Positions 31,255 to 42,022 of a stretch of DNA of 64,000 nt are shown in pieces. The first letter of the stretch is position 1. The number at the start of each line of letters is the position of its first letter. The position numbers and the translations under genes were made by a program. The stretch is from an uncultured Alphaproteobacteria bacterium (GTDB lineage: Bacteria; Pseudomonadota; Alphaproteobacteria; ATCC43930; CGMCC-115725): contig CAWKOL010000003.1 of NCBI GenBank assembly GCA_963851285.1, positions 16,093 to 80,092 of the forward strand, in the 5' to 3' direction. The notes under the pieces are model-generated. The model was not told the origin of the DNA. It saw only the letters and a program-made list of their open reading frames with translations, and made no database searches.

Positions 31255-33049
31255 TTGAGTTCGGTTGAGCATGCGACGGGGCCGCTGTTGCGGCGGCTGG
31301 TACGCGACCATGTCTGGCAGCATTGGCAGCGCCTCTTAGCGGCATTAGCCTGCATGGGCATCGTCGCGGCGACCGCCGCCGGCAACGCCTGGCTCATGCA
31401 ACCAATGCTCGACAAGGTGTTTGTCGGGCACGACACGACGCTGCTGTATGTCATTCCGGCCGGCGTAATCGTCATGGCCTTCGCGAAGGGCCTTGCCGGC
31501 TACGGTCAGGCCGTGCTGATGATGACGGTCGGCCAACGCATCGTCGCCGACATGCAGAAAATGCTGTTCGCGCGAATGATGCGCGCCGATCTGGCATTCT
31601 TCCACGCTAACCCTACGGGTACATTGGTCGCACGCTTCATCAACGACGCCAGCATGCTGCGCAGCTCGGCCACCTCGCTGCTCGCTGGGCTCGGCAAGGA
31701 GGCCGTGACCGCGATTGGGTTGGTAATTCTGATGTTCTATCAGGATTGGATGCTGGCGATGGTCTCGGTCATCGCGTTCCCGTTCGTGGTGCGGCCGCTC
31801 GCGCGGCTCGGCAGGCGCATGCGCCGCATCTCGACCAACACGCAGGTTGAGGTGGGCCGCCTCACCACGCTCCTCGATCAGGTTTTCCAGGGCGCCCGCC
31901 ACGTCAAGGCGTACGGCATGGAGCACTATGAGCAGCGCCGCGCCGATACCGTCATCGAGCGGCTGTTCCACCTGGTACAGCGGGCGCAGCGCGTGCGCTC
32001 TATTCCGTCGCCGCTGATGGAGACGCTCGGCGGCGTCGCCGTCGCGGGCGTCATCCTCTATGGCGGGCATCAGGTGATCATCGGCGAACGCACGCCCGGC
32101 GCCTTCTTTTCCTTCATCACCGCGCTGCTCCTCGCCTATCAGCCGATGAAGGTACTGGCGTCGCTCAATATCGGCTTGCAGGAGGGTTTGGCCGCCGCCG
32201 CCCGCCTGTTCGCCATGCTCGATATCGAACCCGACATCCGCGACAGGCCGAATGCAAGACCGCTCGCGTTCAAGAGCGGGGCGATCCGCTTCGACAACGT
32301 CACATTCGACTACCCGAACGGCACGCGCGCGCTCGACGGCGTCGAGCTGACGGTTCCCGCCGGGAAAACCGTGGCGCTGGTCGGCGCCTCGGGCGCCGGC
32401 AAATCTACGATCTTCAATCTGATTCCTCGCTTCTACGACATCGTCGGCGGCAGCATTACCATCGATGGCGTCGATATCCGCGACGCGACCATCGCATCGC
32501 TGCGCGCGACGATCGCCCTCGTCAGCCAAGAGGTGAGTCTGTTCGACGACACGGTCCGCGCAAACATCGCCTATGGCCGGTTGGACGCGCCGGAACAGGA
32601 TATTGTCGCCGCCGCGGCCGCGGCCGCGGCCGACGGCTTCATCCGCGAGCTGTCCGATGGCTATAACACCGAGGTCGGCGAGCACGGCACCAAATTCTCG
32701 GGCGGGCAGCGCCAGCGCATCGCCATCGCGCGCGCGATGCTGAAGAACGCGCCGATCCTGCTGCTCGACGAAGCGACGTCCGCGCTCGACACGCGAGTCC
32801 GAACGCCAAGTGCAAGCGGCGTTGCGGCAATTGATGGAGGGCCGCACCACGCTCGTCATCGCTCATCGGCTGTCGACGGTCATCGACGCCGACCTGATCT
32901 ACGTCATCGACCGCGGCCGGGTCATCGAACGTGGCACTCATGCCGAGTTAATGCACAGGGGCGGTGCCTATGCCCGGCTCTATTCGCTGCAATTCGCCGA
33001 GCAGGACCGGCTCGCCGATCTCGCCGCGGCGCGGGCGGCGCGCGCCTGA
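31255..33049 (+). pseudogene. msbA: MsbA-like lipid A/ABC exporter (fused permease-ATPase); one apparent +1 insertion near 32797
   Basis: Six-TM N-terminal half, Walker A GASGAGKST, signature FSGGQRQRIAIARA and Walker [13 protein letters not shown] in the frame of ORF 31255... It continues as (ESER)[25 protein letters not shown]...LYSLQF in ORF 32810..33049. Confidence 0.85.
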
Positions 33050-33052
33050 ATC

Positions 33053-33801
33053 ATGTCGCCGATGAAGCGGCTTGGCCGCTCGAGCGCCGCGCGCGCCGTT
33101 GCTGTGCTGGACGATCGCGCTCTATATTCGGCTTATCTGGTGGACCAATCGCTGGCGCACGGAAGGTTACGAGAGCGCTGACGCGTGCCATGCCGCGCGG
33201 CCGGCCCTATATCGGCGCGTTTTGGCACGGGCGGCTTTTGATGATGCCCCACGGGCGGCCACGCGTGATGCCGCTCGCGATGCTGATCTCGCCGCACGGC
33301 GACGGTCGCATTATCGCCGAGGCGGTGCGCCATCTCGGCATCGACATCATTCCCGGCTCGAGCAATCGGGGCGCCGGCCCTGCGCTGCGCGCCCTGGTCC
33401 GGACGCTGCAGCACGGCAGTTGCGTCGCCATCACGCCCGACGGGCCGGATGGGCCGGCGATGGCGGCGACGGCCGGCGTGATCCAGGTCGCGCGTTTGTC
33501 GGGAGCGCCGATCTTCCCGATCACCTACGCCACCAGCCGACGTCGCATCCTCGCGAGTTGGGATCGGTTCCATCTGCCCCTCCCGTTCGGCCGCGGCATT
33601 TTCCTGGTCGATGCGCCGATCACGGTACCGCCCGACGCCGATGACGCCAGAGTGGAAGCACTGCGATCCCATCTCGAAACACGGCTTCGCGCCATCACGG
33701 CCGAGGCCGACCGTCGCATGGGGCACGGCGCGGTGGCGCCCGGCACGCTCAGCCGCAACGCGTTTCGCGCGCGGCGGCGCGCCACCGCCAGGCCGGGCTG
33801 A
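33053..33801 (+). pseudogene. DUF374-family (lysophospholipid acyltransferase-like) protein; at least one frame change near 33195, possibly another near 33105
   Basis: ...WTIALYIRLIWWTNRWRTEGYE (ORF 33072 frame), then PYIGAFWHGRLLMMPHGRP...ISPHGDGRIIAEAVRHLGIDIIPGSSNRGAGPALRAL...VAITPDGPDGP...PLPFGRG (tail frame of ORF 31255..33801). Exact start uncertain (ATG at 33053 or 33062). Confidence 0.7.
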
Positions 33802-33804
33802 GCG

Positions 33805-35111
33805 ATGGGTTTGCTCAAGGTCTATCGTTCGCTGACGGTCGCCGCCGGCCCGCTCACCCGGCCTACCTGTCCCGGCGTCAGCGCATCGGCAAGGAAAACC
33901 CGGCGCGGATCGCCGAACGGCGCGGCATCGCCTCGCGCCCGCGCCCGGCCAGCAAACTCATTTGGATTCATGCCGCCAGCGTTGGGGAAACCGCGTCGAT
34001 GCTGGGCCTGGTCGATCGCTTGATCGAGGAGCGCGGCGTGTCGGTGTTGGTCACCACCGGCACCGTTACCGCCGCACGCCTGATCGAGGAGCGCGCCGAC
34101 CGCGGCGCGTCATCCATCAATTCGTGCCGCTCGACCATCCCGGTTATGTGCGCGGCGTTCCTCGATCATTGGCGTCCCGATCTAGCGATGTGGGTCGAGT
34201 CCGAGTTGTGGCCCAATCTGATCAGCGCGGCGACGCGCGCGGGGCATGCCGATGCTGCTGTTGAACGCACGCATGTCGCAGCGCTCGTTCCGCGGCTGGC
34301 AATTCCTGCCAAGCGTGATCCGTCCGCTGATTGGCGGCTTCGACATGTGTCTTGCCCAGGACGCCGATTCACGCCGATCGGCTGAAGCGTCTTGGCGCGC
34401 AGGCAAGCGCTGATGCGTCGGCGATCTCAAATCGGCGGCGCCACCACTGCCGGTGGTGCCGGACGGAACTCGACCGGCTGGCGCGACAAATCGGCGACCG
34501 GCCGATCTGGCTCGCCGCCAGTACCCATGACGGCGAGGAGGCGATCGCGGCCGACGCGCATCGTGCCTTGCAGCGCGACATGCCGTCGGTGCTTGACGCT
34601 GATCGCGCCGCGGCATCCGTCGCGCGTAGCCAAAGCATCGACGCGATGCTGCGCGGGCAGCGGCCTCATCGTGGCCCGCCGCTCGGCGCGGCACGATATC
34701 GGCGGCGACACCGACATCTATCTCGCCGACACGCTGGGCGAGCTCGGCTTGTTTTATCGCCTCGCCGGCATCGCGTTCATCGGCGGCTCCCTGGTGCCGC
34801 TCGGCGGACATAATCCGTACGAGGCGGCACGCCTCGATTGCGCCATCCTTCATGGCCCGGACATGAGCAACGCGGCAAGTCTGGCGCGGGCGCTCGCGAA
34901 TGCCTGTGCCACCGAGATCGTGCGCGACGCCGAGGCGCTGGCGGCCAGTGTTGGCCGGCTGATCCGCGATCCCGCCGAGCGCGCGCGCCGCGCCGCCGCC
35001 GCGATAGCCGTCGCCGACAGCAGCCGCGGCGTGCTCGACGCGGTGATGACATCGATTGCGCCGTGGCTCGACCTCGTCGCGCCCGCCAATGCTCACCCTG
35101 TCCCCGCCTGA
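33805..35111 (+). pseudogene. waaA: 3-deoxy-D-manno-octulosonic acid (Kdo) transferase; about 8-10 frame changes
   Basis: Family-typical blocks are scattered over all three frames. They are MGLLKVYRSLTVAAGPL, LIWIHAASVGETASMLGLV, VIHQFVPLDHPGYVR, FLDHWRPDLAMWVESELWPNLI, MPMLLLNARMSQRSFRGW, IWLAASTHDGEE, and DIYLADTLGELGLFYRLAGIAFIGGSLVPLGGHNPYEAA. Confidence 0.8.
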
Positions 35112-36077
35112 TTTCTGGTCGCGGCCCGGTTTCATGTCGGGCCTGTTGGAGCCGGCGGCGCAAGCCTATGCCGCGCTAGGCGCGGCGCGGCGCGCCTTCG
35201 CTTCGCCCTACCGCGCACGCGGTTCCGGTGATCTGCGTCGGCAATCTTGTGGTCGGCGGCGCCGGCAAAACTCCGATCGTCGCCAGCTTGGCGCGGATGC
35301 TCACCACGCGGGGCCGTAAGCCCGCGATCCTCAGCAGAGGATATGGCGGCAGCGAGCCGGGGCCACTGCACGTCGATCCGGCGCGGCACGGCGCCGGTTC
35401 GGTCGGCGACGAGCCGCTGATGCTGTCGCGCGTGGCGCCCGTTTGGGTTGGCGCGCGACCGCGCCGCCGCCGCGCGCGCCGCAAGCGACGCCGGTGCAGA
35501 TTGCGTCATCATGGATGACGGCTTCCAGAACCCGGGGCTGGTCAAGGACCTATCGCTGTTGGTGATCGATGGCGGCTAGGGCTTCGGCAACGGCCGCGTG
35601 CATGCCGGCCGGGCCGCTGCGCGAGCCGGCGCAGCGCAGGCGCTGGTGCGCGCCGATGCCGTGGTGATGATGGGCGACGATCTGTTCGGCGCTCGCTGCG
35701 CGCCTCGAAAAGCCGGTGCTGCGCGCGGCGCTGGCGCCGATCAACGGCGCGCGATTTCGCCGGCAAGCCGCGTCATCGCCTTCGCCGGCATCGGCCGGCC
35801 GGAAAAATTCTTCGCCACGCTCGAGAAATGCGGCGCGCGCATCGCTGGCGCGGTCACAGCTTTCCCGATCATCACGCCTATAGCGACGCCGAACTGCGCC
35901 GCCTGGCCGACGAGGCGGCGGCAGAAAGGCGCCGTCCTCGTCACCACCGAAAAAGATCGTGCGCGTCTTGCGCCCGCGTGGCGCGATCGCGTCGCCGCCC
36001 TTGGCGGTGACCGTCGCATGGCAGGACGAAACGGCTTTATCGCGACATGCTGCGACACCGTCTTCCGCAATGGCTGA
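35089..36077 (+). pseudogene. lpxK: Tetraacyldisaccharide 4'-kinase; several frame changes and an in-frame TAG at 35577..35579
   Basis: Blocks seen: [49 protein letters not shown] (P-loop), [43 protein letters not shown], and VLVTTEKDRARL. They lie in different frames. The 3' end is uncertain. Confidence 0.75.
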
Positions 36078-36970
36078 CGCGGCAACGGAAGCGTCTTCCA
36101 TATCTCATCGAAGGCGTTCGGGTGCGGCGATCGTCTATGGCGTCTATCGCGCCATGCCGCTGCCGGTGGCCTCGGCGGTCGGCGGCTGGTTCGCGCGCAC
36201 GGTCGGGCCGCGTGTCGGCGTCAGTAACCGCGCGCGCAAAAATCTCCGCCGCGCCATGCCGGAACTGAGCGAGGCGCGGATCGAAGAGATCGTACGCGGC
36301 ATGTGGGACAATCTCGGCCGCGTCATCGCCGAATATCCGCATCTCGGCAAGTTCCAAGTCTACGATCCCGAGCGGTCTATGTCGAGACGCGTCGGCGATG
36401 TATCCGCGGCCTGAAGGAGCATCCGCCGCCGCCCGACGAGAATTACATTTTCTTGTCCGCTCATTACGGCAATTGGGAGATCGCGCCCCTCGCCGTCACG
36501 CAGGCCGGCTTAAAGACGGCCGAAATTTATCGCGCCGCCAATAACCCCTATGTCGACCGGCTGATCCATCGGGCGCGCGGCGTCGTCGGCAGCGAATTGG
36601 TCGCCAAGGGCCCGCCGGCCGCCGCGCGGTCGCGGCGTTGCATCGCGGCGCGAATATCTGCCTGCTGGTCGATCAGAAAGTGAATACCGGAATTCCGGTG
36701 CCGTTTTTCGGCCGCGCCGGCGATGACGGAGTTGGTGCGTGGCGCGATTGGCGCTGCGCTACAACTGCCGCGTCGTGCCGGTGCGCGTCGAACGCCTCAA
36801 AGGCGTCCGCTTCCGCCTCACCTTCGAAGAGCCGATGGAAGTGACTCGCACGGGCGATGACGCAGCCGACGCGCTCGCGCTGATGACACGGATCAACTTG
36901 CGCGCTCGAGGAATGGGTGCGCGAGCGGCCCGACCATTGGTTCTGGCTGCATCGCCGCTGGCCGGATTAG
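36070..36970 (+). pseudogene. Lipid A biosynthesis late (lauroyl/myristoyl, LpxL/HtrB-family) acyltransferase; about 5 frame changes
   Basis: Blocks seen: KRLPYLIEG, AIVYGVYRAMPLPVASAVGGWFAR, NLRRAMPELSEARIEEIVRGMWDNLGRVIAEYPHL, IFLSAHYGNWEIAP, LLVDQKVNTGIPVPFFGR, ARLALRYNCRVVPVRVERL, and EEWVRERPDHWFWLHRRWPD* (TAG at 36968..36970). Confidence 0.7.
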
Positions 36971-37081
36971 AAAAATTCATCGGCAGTCGGGACCAACCGG
37001 CCGAAGCGGAAAAGGATTTAATCTCGCTTCGCCCTGCCATAATCTTTCGTTACGCCGCATAACGATAATCGGGAGCGAACC

Positions 37082-38137
37082 ATGCCGCCAAAGAAAGAGC
37101 CGATCACGATTGCCGACCAGGGCTTCTTCTGGGTCGGCGTTCAACGCAAGAAAATGCCGTACGGCACCATCCCGGCCGGCCAGATGTACGTGCAGTATCA
37201 AATCCCAGCCAAACAGACGCACCCCTATCCGCTGGTGCTGGTGCATGGCGGCGGCGGCCAAGGCCTCGATTATCTCGGCACGCCGGACGGACGCGAGGGC
37301 TGGGCGACCTGGTTTCTGCGCCAGGGCTACGCTGTCTACGTCGTCGACCGGCCCGGTCACGGCCGTGCGCCGTACCATGCCGACGCGCTCGGCCCGGCAT
37401 CACCGCCCGCGACCTATGAGGGCCTGGGCGATCTCTTCACCCGGCCCGAGGAGAAGATGCCTGGCGCGTATCCGCAAGCGAAGCTCCACAATCAGTGGCC
37501 GAAGCGCGACGAGGCCGGCACCGAGGCGATCCTCGACCAGATGCTGGCCGGCATGGGACCGATGCCGACCGACCTTCCCGCCTATCAGGCCACAATGGCC
37601 CGTGCCGGCGGCGAGCTGCTGGACCGCATCGGCCCGTCGGTGGTGATGACGCACTCGATGGGAGGGCCGTCGGGTTGGATGATGATCGAGGCGCGGCCGA
37701 AGCTGGTGAAAGGCATGATCGCGATCGAGCCGTTCGGACCCGCCTTTGCGAAGAATCAGTTCGGCAGCCTCGATTGGGGCCTGACCTCGGCGCCGGTTAC
37801 GTACGATCCGCCGGCGTCGCATCCAGAGGAATTGAAGCGCGAGATGAAGAAGGCGCCGCGTCCCGATCTGATGGATTGCTATATCCAGGCCGAGCCGGCG
37901 CGGAAGCTCAAAAATTTCGGCGGCATCCCGATCCTGGTGATGGTCGCGGAGGCGTCGTTCCTGACGTCCGGCACGCATGGCGTGGTCGATTTCCTCTGGC
38001 AGGCAGGCGCCGACGCCGAACTCATGCGGCTCGAAGATCACGGCATCCATGGCAACGGCCACGCCATGATGTTCGAAAACAACAGCGAAGAGGTCGCGGC
38101 GCTCTTAGAGCGTTGGATCGCCACGAGGGTGAAGTAA
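37082..38137 (+). CDS. Alpha/beta-fold hydrolase
   Basis: Intact 351-aa ORF with the nucleophile elbow THSMGG and an HGGGGQG oxyanion-type segment. 11 nt upstream of the P450 gene. Confidence 0.75.
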   Translation: MPPKKEPITIADQGFFWVGVQRKKMPYGTIPAGQMYVQYQIPAKQTHPYPLVLVHGGGGQGLDYLGTPDGREGWATWFLRQGYAVYVVDRPGHGRAPYHADALGPASPPATYEGLGDLFTRPEEKMPGAYPQAKLHNQWPKRDEAGTEAILDQMLAGMGPMPTDLPAYQATMARAGGELLDRIGPSVVMTHSMGGPSGWMMIEARPKLVKGMIAIEPFGPAFAKNQFGSLDWGLTSAPVTYDPPASHPEELKREMKKAPRPDLMDCYIQAEPARKLKNFGGIPILVMVAEASFLTSGTHGVVDFLWQAGADAELMRLEDHGIHGNGHAMMFENNSEEVAALLERWIATRVK

Positions 38138-38148
38138 GGGGGAACGCG

Positions 38149-39331
38149 ATGGCGAAAGAGATTCCGGTTTATGACGGCGATATCTGGGGGCGCGACGCGA
38201 TTCTGAACGCTCGCGCCACCGACGACAAAATCCGCGAGCTGGCGCCGGTCGTGTGGCTCAGCCGCGAGAACATCGCGATCATGGGCCGCTACAGCGAGGT
38301 CGCGGGCGGCCTCACCGACTGGCAATCCTTTTCCAACCGATCCCGGCCGTGGCACGACCCGAATTCGGTGCGGCCGGAGATTTTGCTGACCGACGATCCG
38401 CCGCGCCATACCGAAATCCGCAGGGTGATGGCAAAAGTCATGTCGCCGGCGCGCCTCAAGGCGCTGACCGCCGATTTCGAGCGCACCGCCAACGAACAGG
38501 TCGACAAACTGATGGCGCGGTCGGGCGAAGTGATCGACGCCAACGTCGATGTCACTCGGCCGTTCGTCCATAAGGTGCTGCCTGACTTGCTCGGCATGCC
38601 CGAGGAAGGCCGCGAGAATATGAGCGCGTTCGGCCACATGGTGTGGGCGACGATGGGGCCGATGAACGAGGTGTTCCACGCCGCGCTCGCAGGATCGGAA
38701 CCGGTGGTGACCTGGGCTGACTGGTCGTGCACGCGCGAGAACATGCGCAAGGACGGCATGGGCGAGGCGACCTATGCCCTCGCCGACGCCGGCGAGATCA
38801 CTCAGGACGAGGCGAAGCTGCTGGTGATGACGATCCTCGCCGCCGGCTCAGATACCACCGTCATCACCATGGCGACCGCGATCCGCGCCTTCTGCGAATT
38901 TCCCGACCAGTGGCAAAAGCTGCGCGCCGACCCGTCGCTGTTGCGCAACGCCTTCGACGAAAGCCTGCGCTGGGATTCGCCCTCGCGCATGGCGGGCCGC
39001 ATCACCGCGAAAGACGTGACCATCGGCGACTACGTGCTGCCGGCGGGCACCCGCACCGGCCTGTTGTTCGCCGCGGCCAATCGCGATCCGCGTAAATGGC
39101 AAGACCCCGACAGGTTCGACATTGGGCGCGATTTGCGCGGTCATGTCGGCTGGGGTTTCGGCGTTCATGCCTGCGTCGGCCGTTTGATGGCCCAGCTCGA
39201 AATGGAGGCGCTGTTCGGCGCCCTCATCAAGCGCGTCGCCAAATGGGAAGCAGGCGGGCGAGCCCGAATGGTGGATGACCACCATCGGTCATGGCCCCTA
39301 CAAACTGCCTATCCGCTTTGCCGCGGCCTAA
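38149..39331 (+). pseudogene. Cytochrome P450; one apparent +1 insertion near 39258 that hides the native stop
   Basis: MAKEIPVYDGDIWG..., I-helix AAGSDTT and Cys-ligand loop WGFGVHACVGRLMA. After GGCGGGCGAG the shifted frame reads EPEWWMTTIGHGPYKLPIRFAAA* (TAA at 39329..39331). Confidence 0.85.
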
Positions 39332-39354
39332 AGCGGCGCCGGTCGGAGCCGGTC

Positions 39355-39969
39355 ATGCATACGTTGCTGTTGGTGCTCGATCTGGTCGGCACCTTCGTGT
39401 TCGCGCTCTCCGGCGCCACGGCCGGCGTAAAGCGCCAGCTTGATCTCTTCGGCGTGCTGGTGCTGTCGTTCGCCGCCGCCAGCGCCGGTGGCATCGCCCG
39501 CGATTTGCTGATCGGCGCGGTGCCTCCCGCCGCGATCAGCGATTGGCGCTATCTCGCGGTCTCGACGCTCGCCGGCTTCGTCACCTTCTTCTGGTACGGC
39601 CCGATCGACCGGATGAAGAACCCGGTGCTGATCTTCGACTCGGCGGGGCTGGCGCTGTTCGCGGTTGCCGGCACGCAAAAGGCGCTGGCCTTCAATCTCC
39701 ATCCGGCGATGGCGGCGTTGCTCGGCATGGTGACGGGCATCGGCGGGGGCATGGCGCGCGATATTCTGTGCGCCGAAATGCCCACGGTGCTGCGCTCCGA
39801 ACTCTATGCCGTCGCTGCGTTGGCCGGCGCAATCATGGTCGTGCTGGGCTATTGGGCCGGCCTCGAATCGGCCAGCGTGATCGCCGGGCTGATCGTCTGT
39901 TTCGGCCTCCGCCTGATGGCGATCTTCCGCGGCTGGCGCCTGCCGATCGCCCGCGCGCCTCAACCGTAG
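39355..39969 (+). CDS. Trimeric intracellular cation channel (TRIC/UPF0126, YadS-like) membrane protein
   Basis: 204-aa reading from ATG at 39355: MHTLLLVLDLVGTFVFALSGATAG.... Two internal repeats each carry a GG(I/M)ARD motif (SAGGIARDLL, GGGMARDIL). Confidence 0.8.
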   Translation: MHTLLLVLDLVGTFVFALSGATAGVKRQLDLFGVLVLSFAAASAGGIARDLLIGAVPPAAISDWRYLAVSTLAGFVTFFWYGPIDRMKNPVLIFDSAGLALFAVAGTQKALAFNLHPAMAALLGMVTGIGGGMARDILCAEMPTVLRSELYAVAALAGAIMVVLGYWAGLESASVIAGLIVCFGLRLMAIFRGWRLPIARAPQP

Positions 39970-41147
39970 GCGGGCAGCGTCAGCCTGTCGCGCACGAGAT
40001 CGCCCATTGCCCAATCGGCGATGAACGGCACGGTCATCACTCGCGTCACCTGATTGCGCAGGAAGATGCCGAACCGGGTCTTCGGCGCGAACGACCCCGC
40101 GAAGCGGGCGGCCGCCCGTTGCTTGGCCGCGATGAACGGATGGAAGAGCGCTTCATACGCGGCGAAGGCCGCCCGATAATTGCCCTCGGCCTTTTTCAAT
40201 TCACCCGCGAGGATATAGGCGCCGGTCATCGCCAGTGCCGACCCTTGCCCGGCCAGCAGCGATGGACAGGAGCACGCATCCCCGACCAGGGCGACGCGGT
40301 CTCTTGACCACGTCTTCATGCTGATCTGGCTGACCGTGTCGAAATAAAGGTCGGTCGCGCGGTCGAGGGCTGCAAGAAAGCCCGGCACTTCCCAGCCGTC
40401 ATGCCCGAAAATATCGTGCAGAAGCTGTTTTTGGCCGGCGCCGTCTCGCGGCGCTTCCAATCCGGGGCGGGAAAAAACCAAGAATACGGCCGTGCGGTCG
40501 CCGCGCAGCGCGTACCGCGTCGCCTGGCGTCCCGGCGCCGCGTAACCGACATAAATTTGCGGATCGCGGCGGGCATAGCCGTCGATACTGAACGACGCGG
40601 TGTAATAGCCGAGATATTTCTCGAAGCGGTCTTCCGGGCCGAAGACCAGCGACCGAACCGGCGAATGCAGGCCGCCGGCGCCGACGACAAGATCGAACCG
40701 CTCCGGCGCAGCGTGCCGGAACGTAACATCGACGCCGTCGGCATGTTGGTCGATGGCGGCGATGGAATCGTCGAAGATCGTCCGTACATTGTTCCCGAGC
40801 GCGTCATAAAGGAGCCGCGACAGGTCGCTCCGCAAAATGCTGACATAACGCCCAAACAACAGGTCCCTGAACACGCTCGCGCGGAAGCCGCCTTTGCGCC
40901 GCCCGTGCGCATCGACGAGGCGGACTTCCTCGATGTCGTAACCGGTCTCGTGCAAGGCGGGGACCAACCCCATCTTTTCCGCGATATCGAAGCCCAGTCC
41001 CCAGAAATCGACGATATAGCCACCGGTACGCAACGTCGGCGACCGCTCGACCAGCGTTGGCTCGAAACCGTAACGATGGAGCCAGTACGCCACGGTTGGG
41101 CCGGCGATGCCCGCGCCGCAAATCAACACCTTTCGGCCGCCCGTCAC
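39960..41147 (-). CDS. FAD-dependent monooxygenase/oxidoreductase
   Basis: Intact 395-aa ORF with the dinucleotide fold VLICGAGIAGPTVAYWL and GDACSCPSLLAGQGSALAM. ATGA overlap with the upstream DUF72 gene. Confidence 0.8.
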   Translation of the reverse strand: MTGGRKVLICGAGIAGPTVAYWLHRYGFEPTLVERSPTLRTGGYIVDFWGLGFDIAEKMGLVPALHETGYDIEEVRLVDAHGRRKGGFRASVFRDLLFGRYVSILRSDLSRLLYDALGNNVRTIFDDSIAAIDQHADGVDVTFRHAAPERFDLVVGAGGLHSPVRSLVFGPEDRFEKYLGYYTASFSIDGYARRDPQIYVGYAAPGRQATRYALRGDRTAVFLVFSRPGLEAPRDGAGQKQLLHDIFGHDGWEVPGFLAALDRATDLYFDTVSQISMKTWSRDRVALVGDACSCPSLLAGQGSALAMTGAYILAGELKKAEGNYRAAFAAYEALFHPFIAAKQRAAARFAGSFAPKTRFGIFLRNQVTRVMTVPFIADWAMGDLVRDRLTLPAYG

Positions 41148-41887
41148 CGCCTTACCCGTTCGATCAGCGCCATCGCGGCGGCGGGCGCGCGGTGCTTAGC
41201 GCCGGAGATGAAATAGACGAACGCGTCCCCGCGCTTCGCCCAGTCCTTGGCGCGCTGCGCCCAGCCGTCGAGATCGGCCCCCGAATAGCCCGTCTCGATG
41301 CCGTCCTCCGTGCGCATCAGCCGGGCATAGGTGAAATCGGCGGTGGTCTCATCGAGTTGCGGGAAATCCTCGTCATCGGCGAAGCAAACGGCGGCGTTGT
41401 GGCGCCGCGCCAGGTCATAGAACTGCGGCGTGTCGAAGGTCGGGCTGCGCAGCTCAAGGGCGTGGCGCAGCCGCAACCCGCCGACCTCGCGCGGCAGCAA
41501 TTTCAGGAACGCCTCGAAATCGGCGGGATCGAATTTCTTGCTAGCCACGAATTGCCAGTTGATCGGGCCGAGCCGATCGCCCAGTTCGGCCAGGCCCTGG
41601 TTGACGAATCGCGTCACCGCCTCGCCGGCCTCGGCCAGGACGCGGCGATTGGTGCAATAGCGCGACGCCTTGACCGAAAAGACGAAGCTCGGCGGCGTTT
41701 CGTCGCGCCACTTGGCCCAGACCGGCGGCTTGAAGGTCGAATAGTAGGTGCCGTTGATCTCGATCGAGGTCAGTTTGCCGGCGGCATAAGTCAATTCCTG
41801 CTTTCTCGGCAGAGCCTCGGGATAGAACAGGCCGCGCCACGGCTCATAAGTCCAGCCGCCGATCCCCACCCGAATCTTACCCGGCAT
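41144..41887 (-). CDS. DUF72-family protein
   Basis: Intact 247-aa ORF MPGKIRVGIGGWTYEPWRGLFYPEALPRKQELTYAAGKLTSIEINGTYY..., the hallmark N-terminus of DUF72. Confidence 0.75.
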   Translation of the reverse strand: MPGKIRVGIGGWTYEPWRGLFYPEALPRKQELTYAAGKLTSIEINGTYYSTFKPPVWAKWRDETPPSFVFSVKASRYCTNRRVLAEAGEAVTRFVNQGLAELGDRLGPINWQFVASKKFDPADFEAFLKLLPREVGGLRLRHALELRSPTFDTPQFYDLARRHNAAVCFADDEDFPQLDETTADFTYARLMRTEDGIETGYSGADLDGWAQRAKDWAKRGDAFVYFISGAKHRAPAAAMALIERVRR

Positions 41888-42022
41888 CCGCCGTTAACCT
41901 CGCCAGTATCGGGCACGGAATTTACCCGCGCCCATATCGTTATGAGCACGCCAATCTTAACGGTCCCGTTGCCCGCGAGATAGGCGGCCGCTATACCTTT
42001 CCCCGTCGCCGGTGACCACATC

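Noticed and set aside
31255-33801. 848-aa ORF suggesting an MsbA-DUF374 fusion, and 824-aa ORF 37495..39969 suggesting a P450-TRIC fusion
   Set aside because: Both arise because a single inserted base removes the native stop from the reading frame. The ABC C-terminus ([10 protein letters not shown]...) and the P450 C-terminus (…PYKLPIRFAAA*) are readable in the adjacent frame, and the downstream genes have their own starts.
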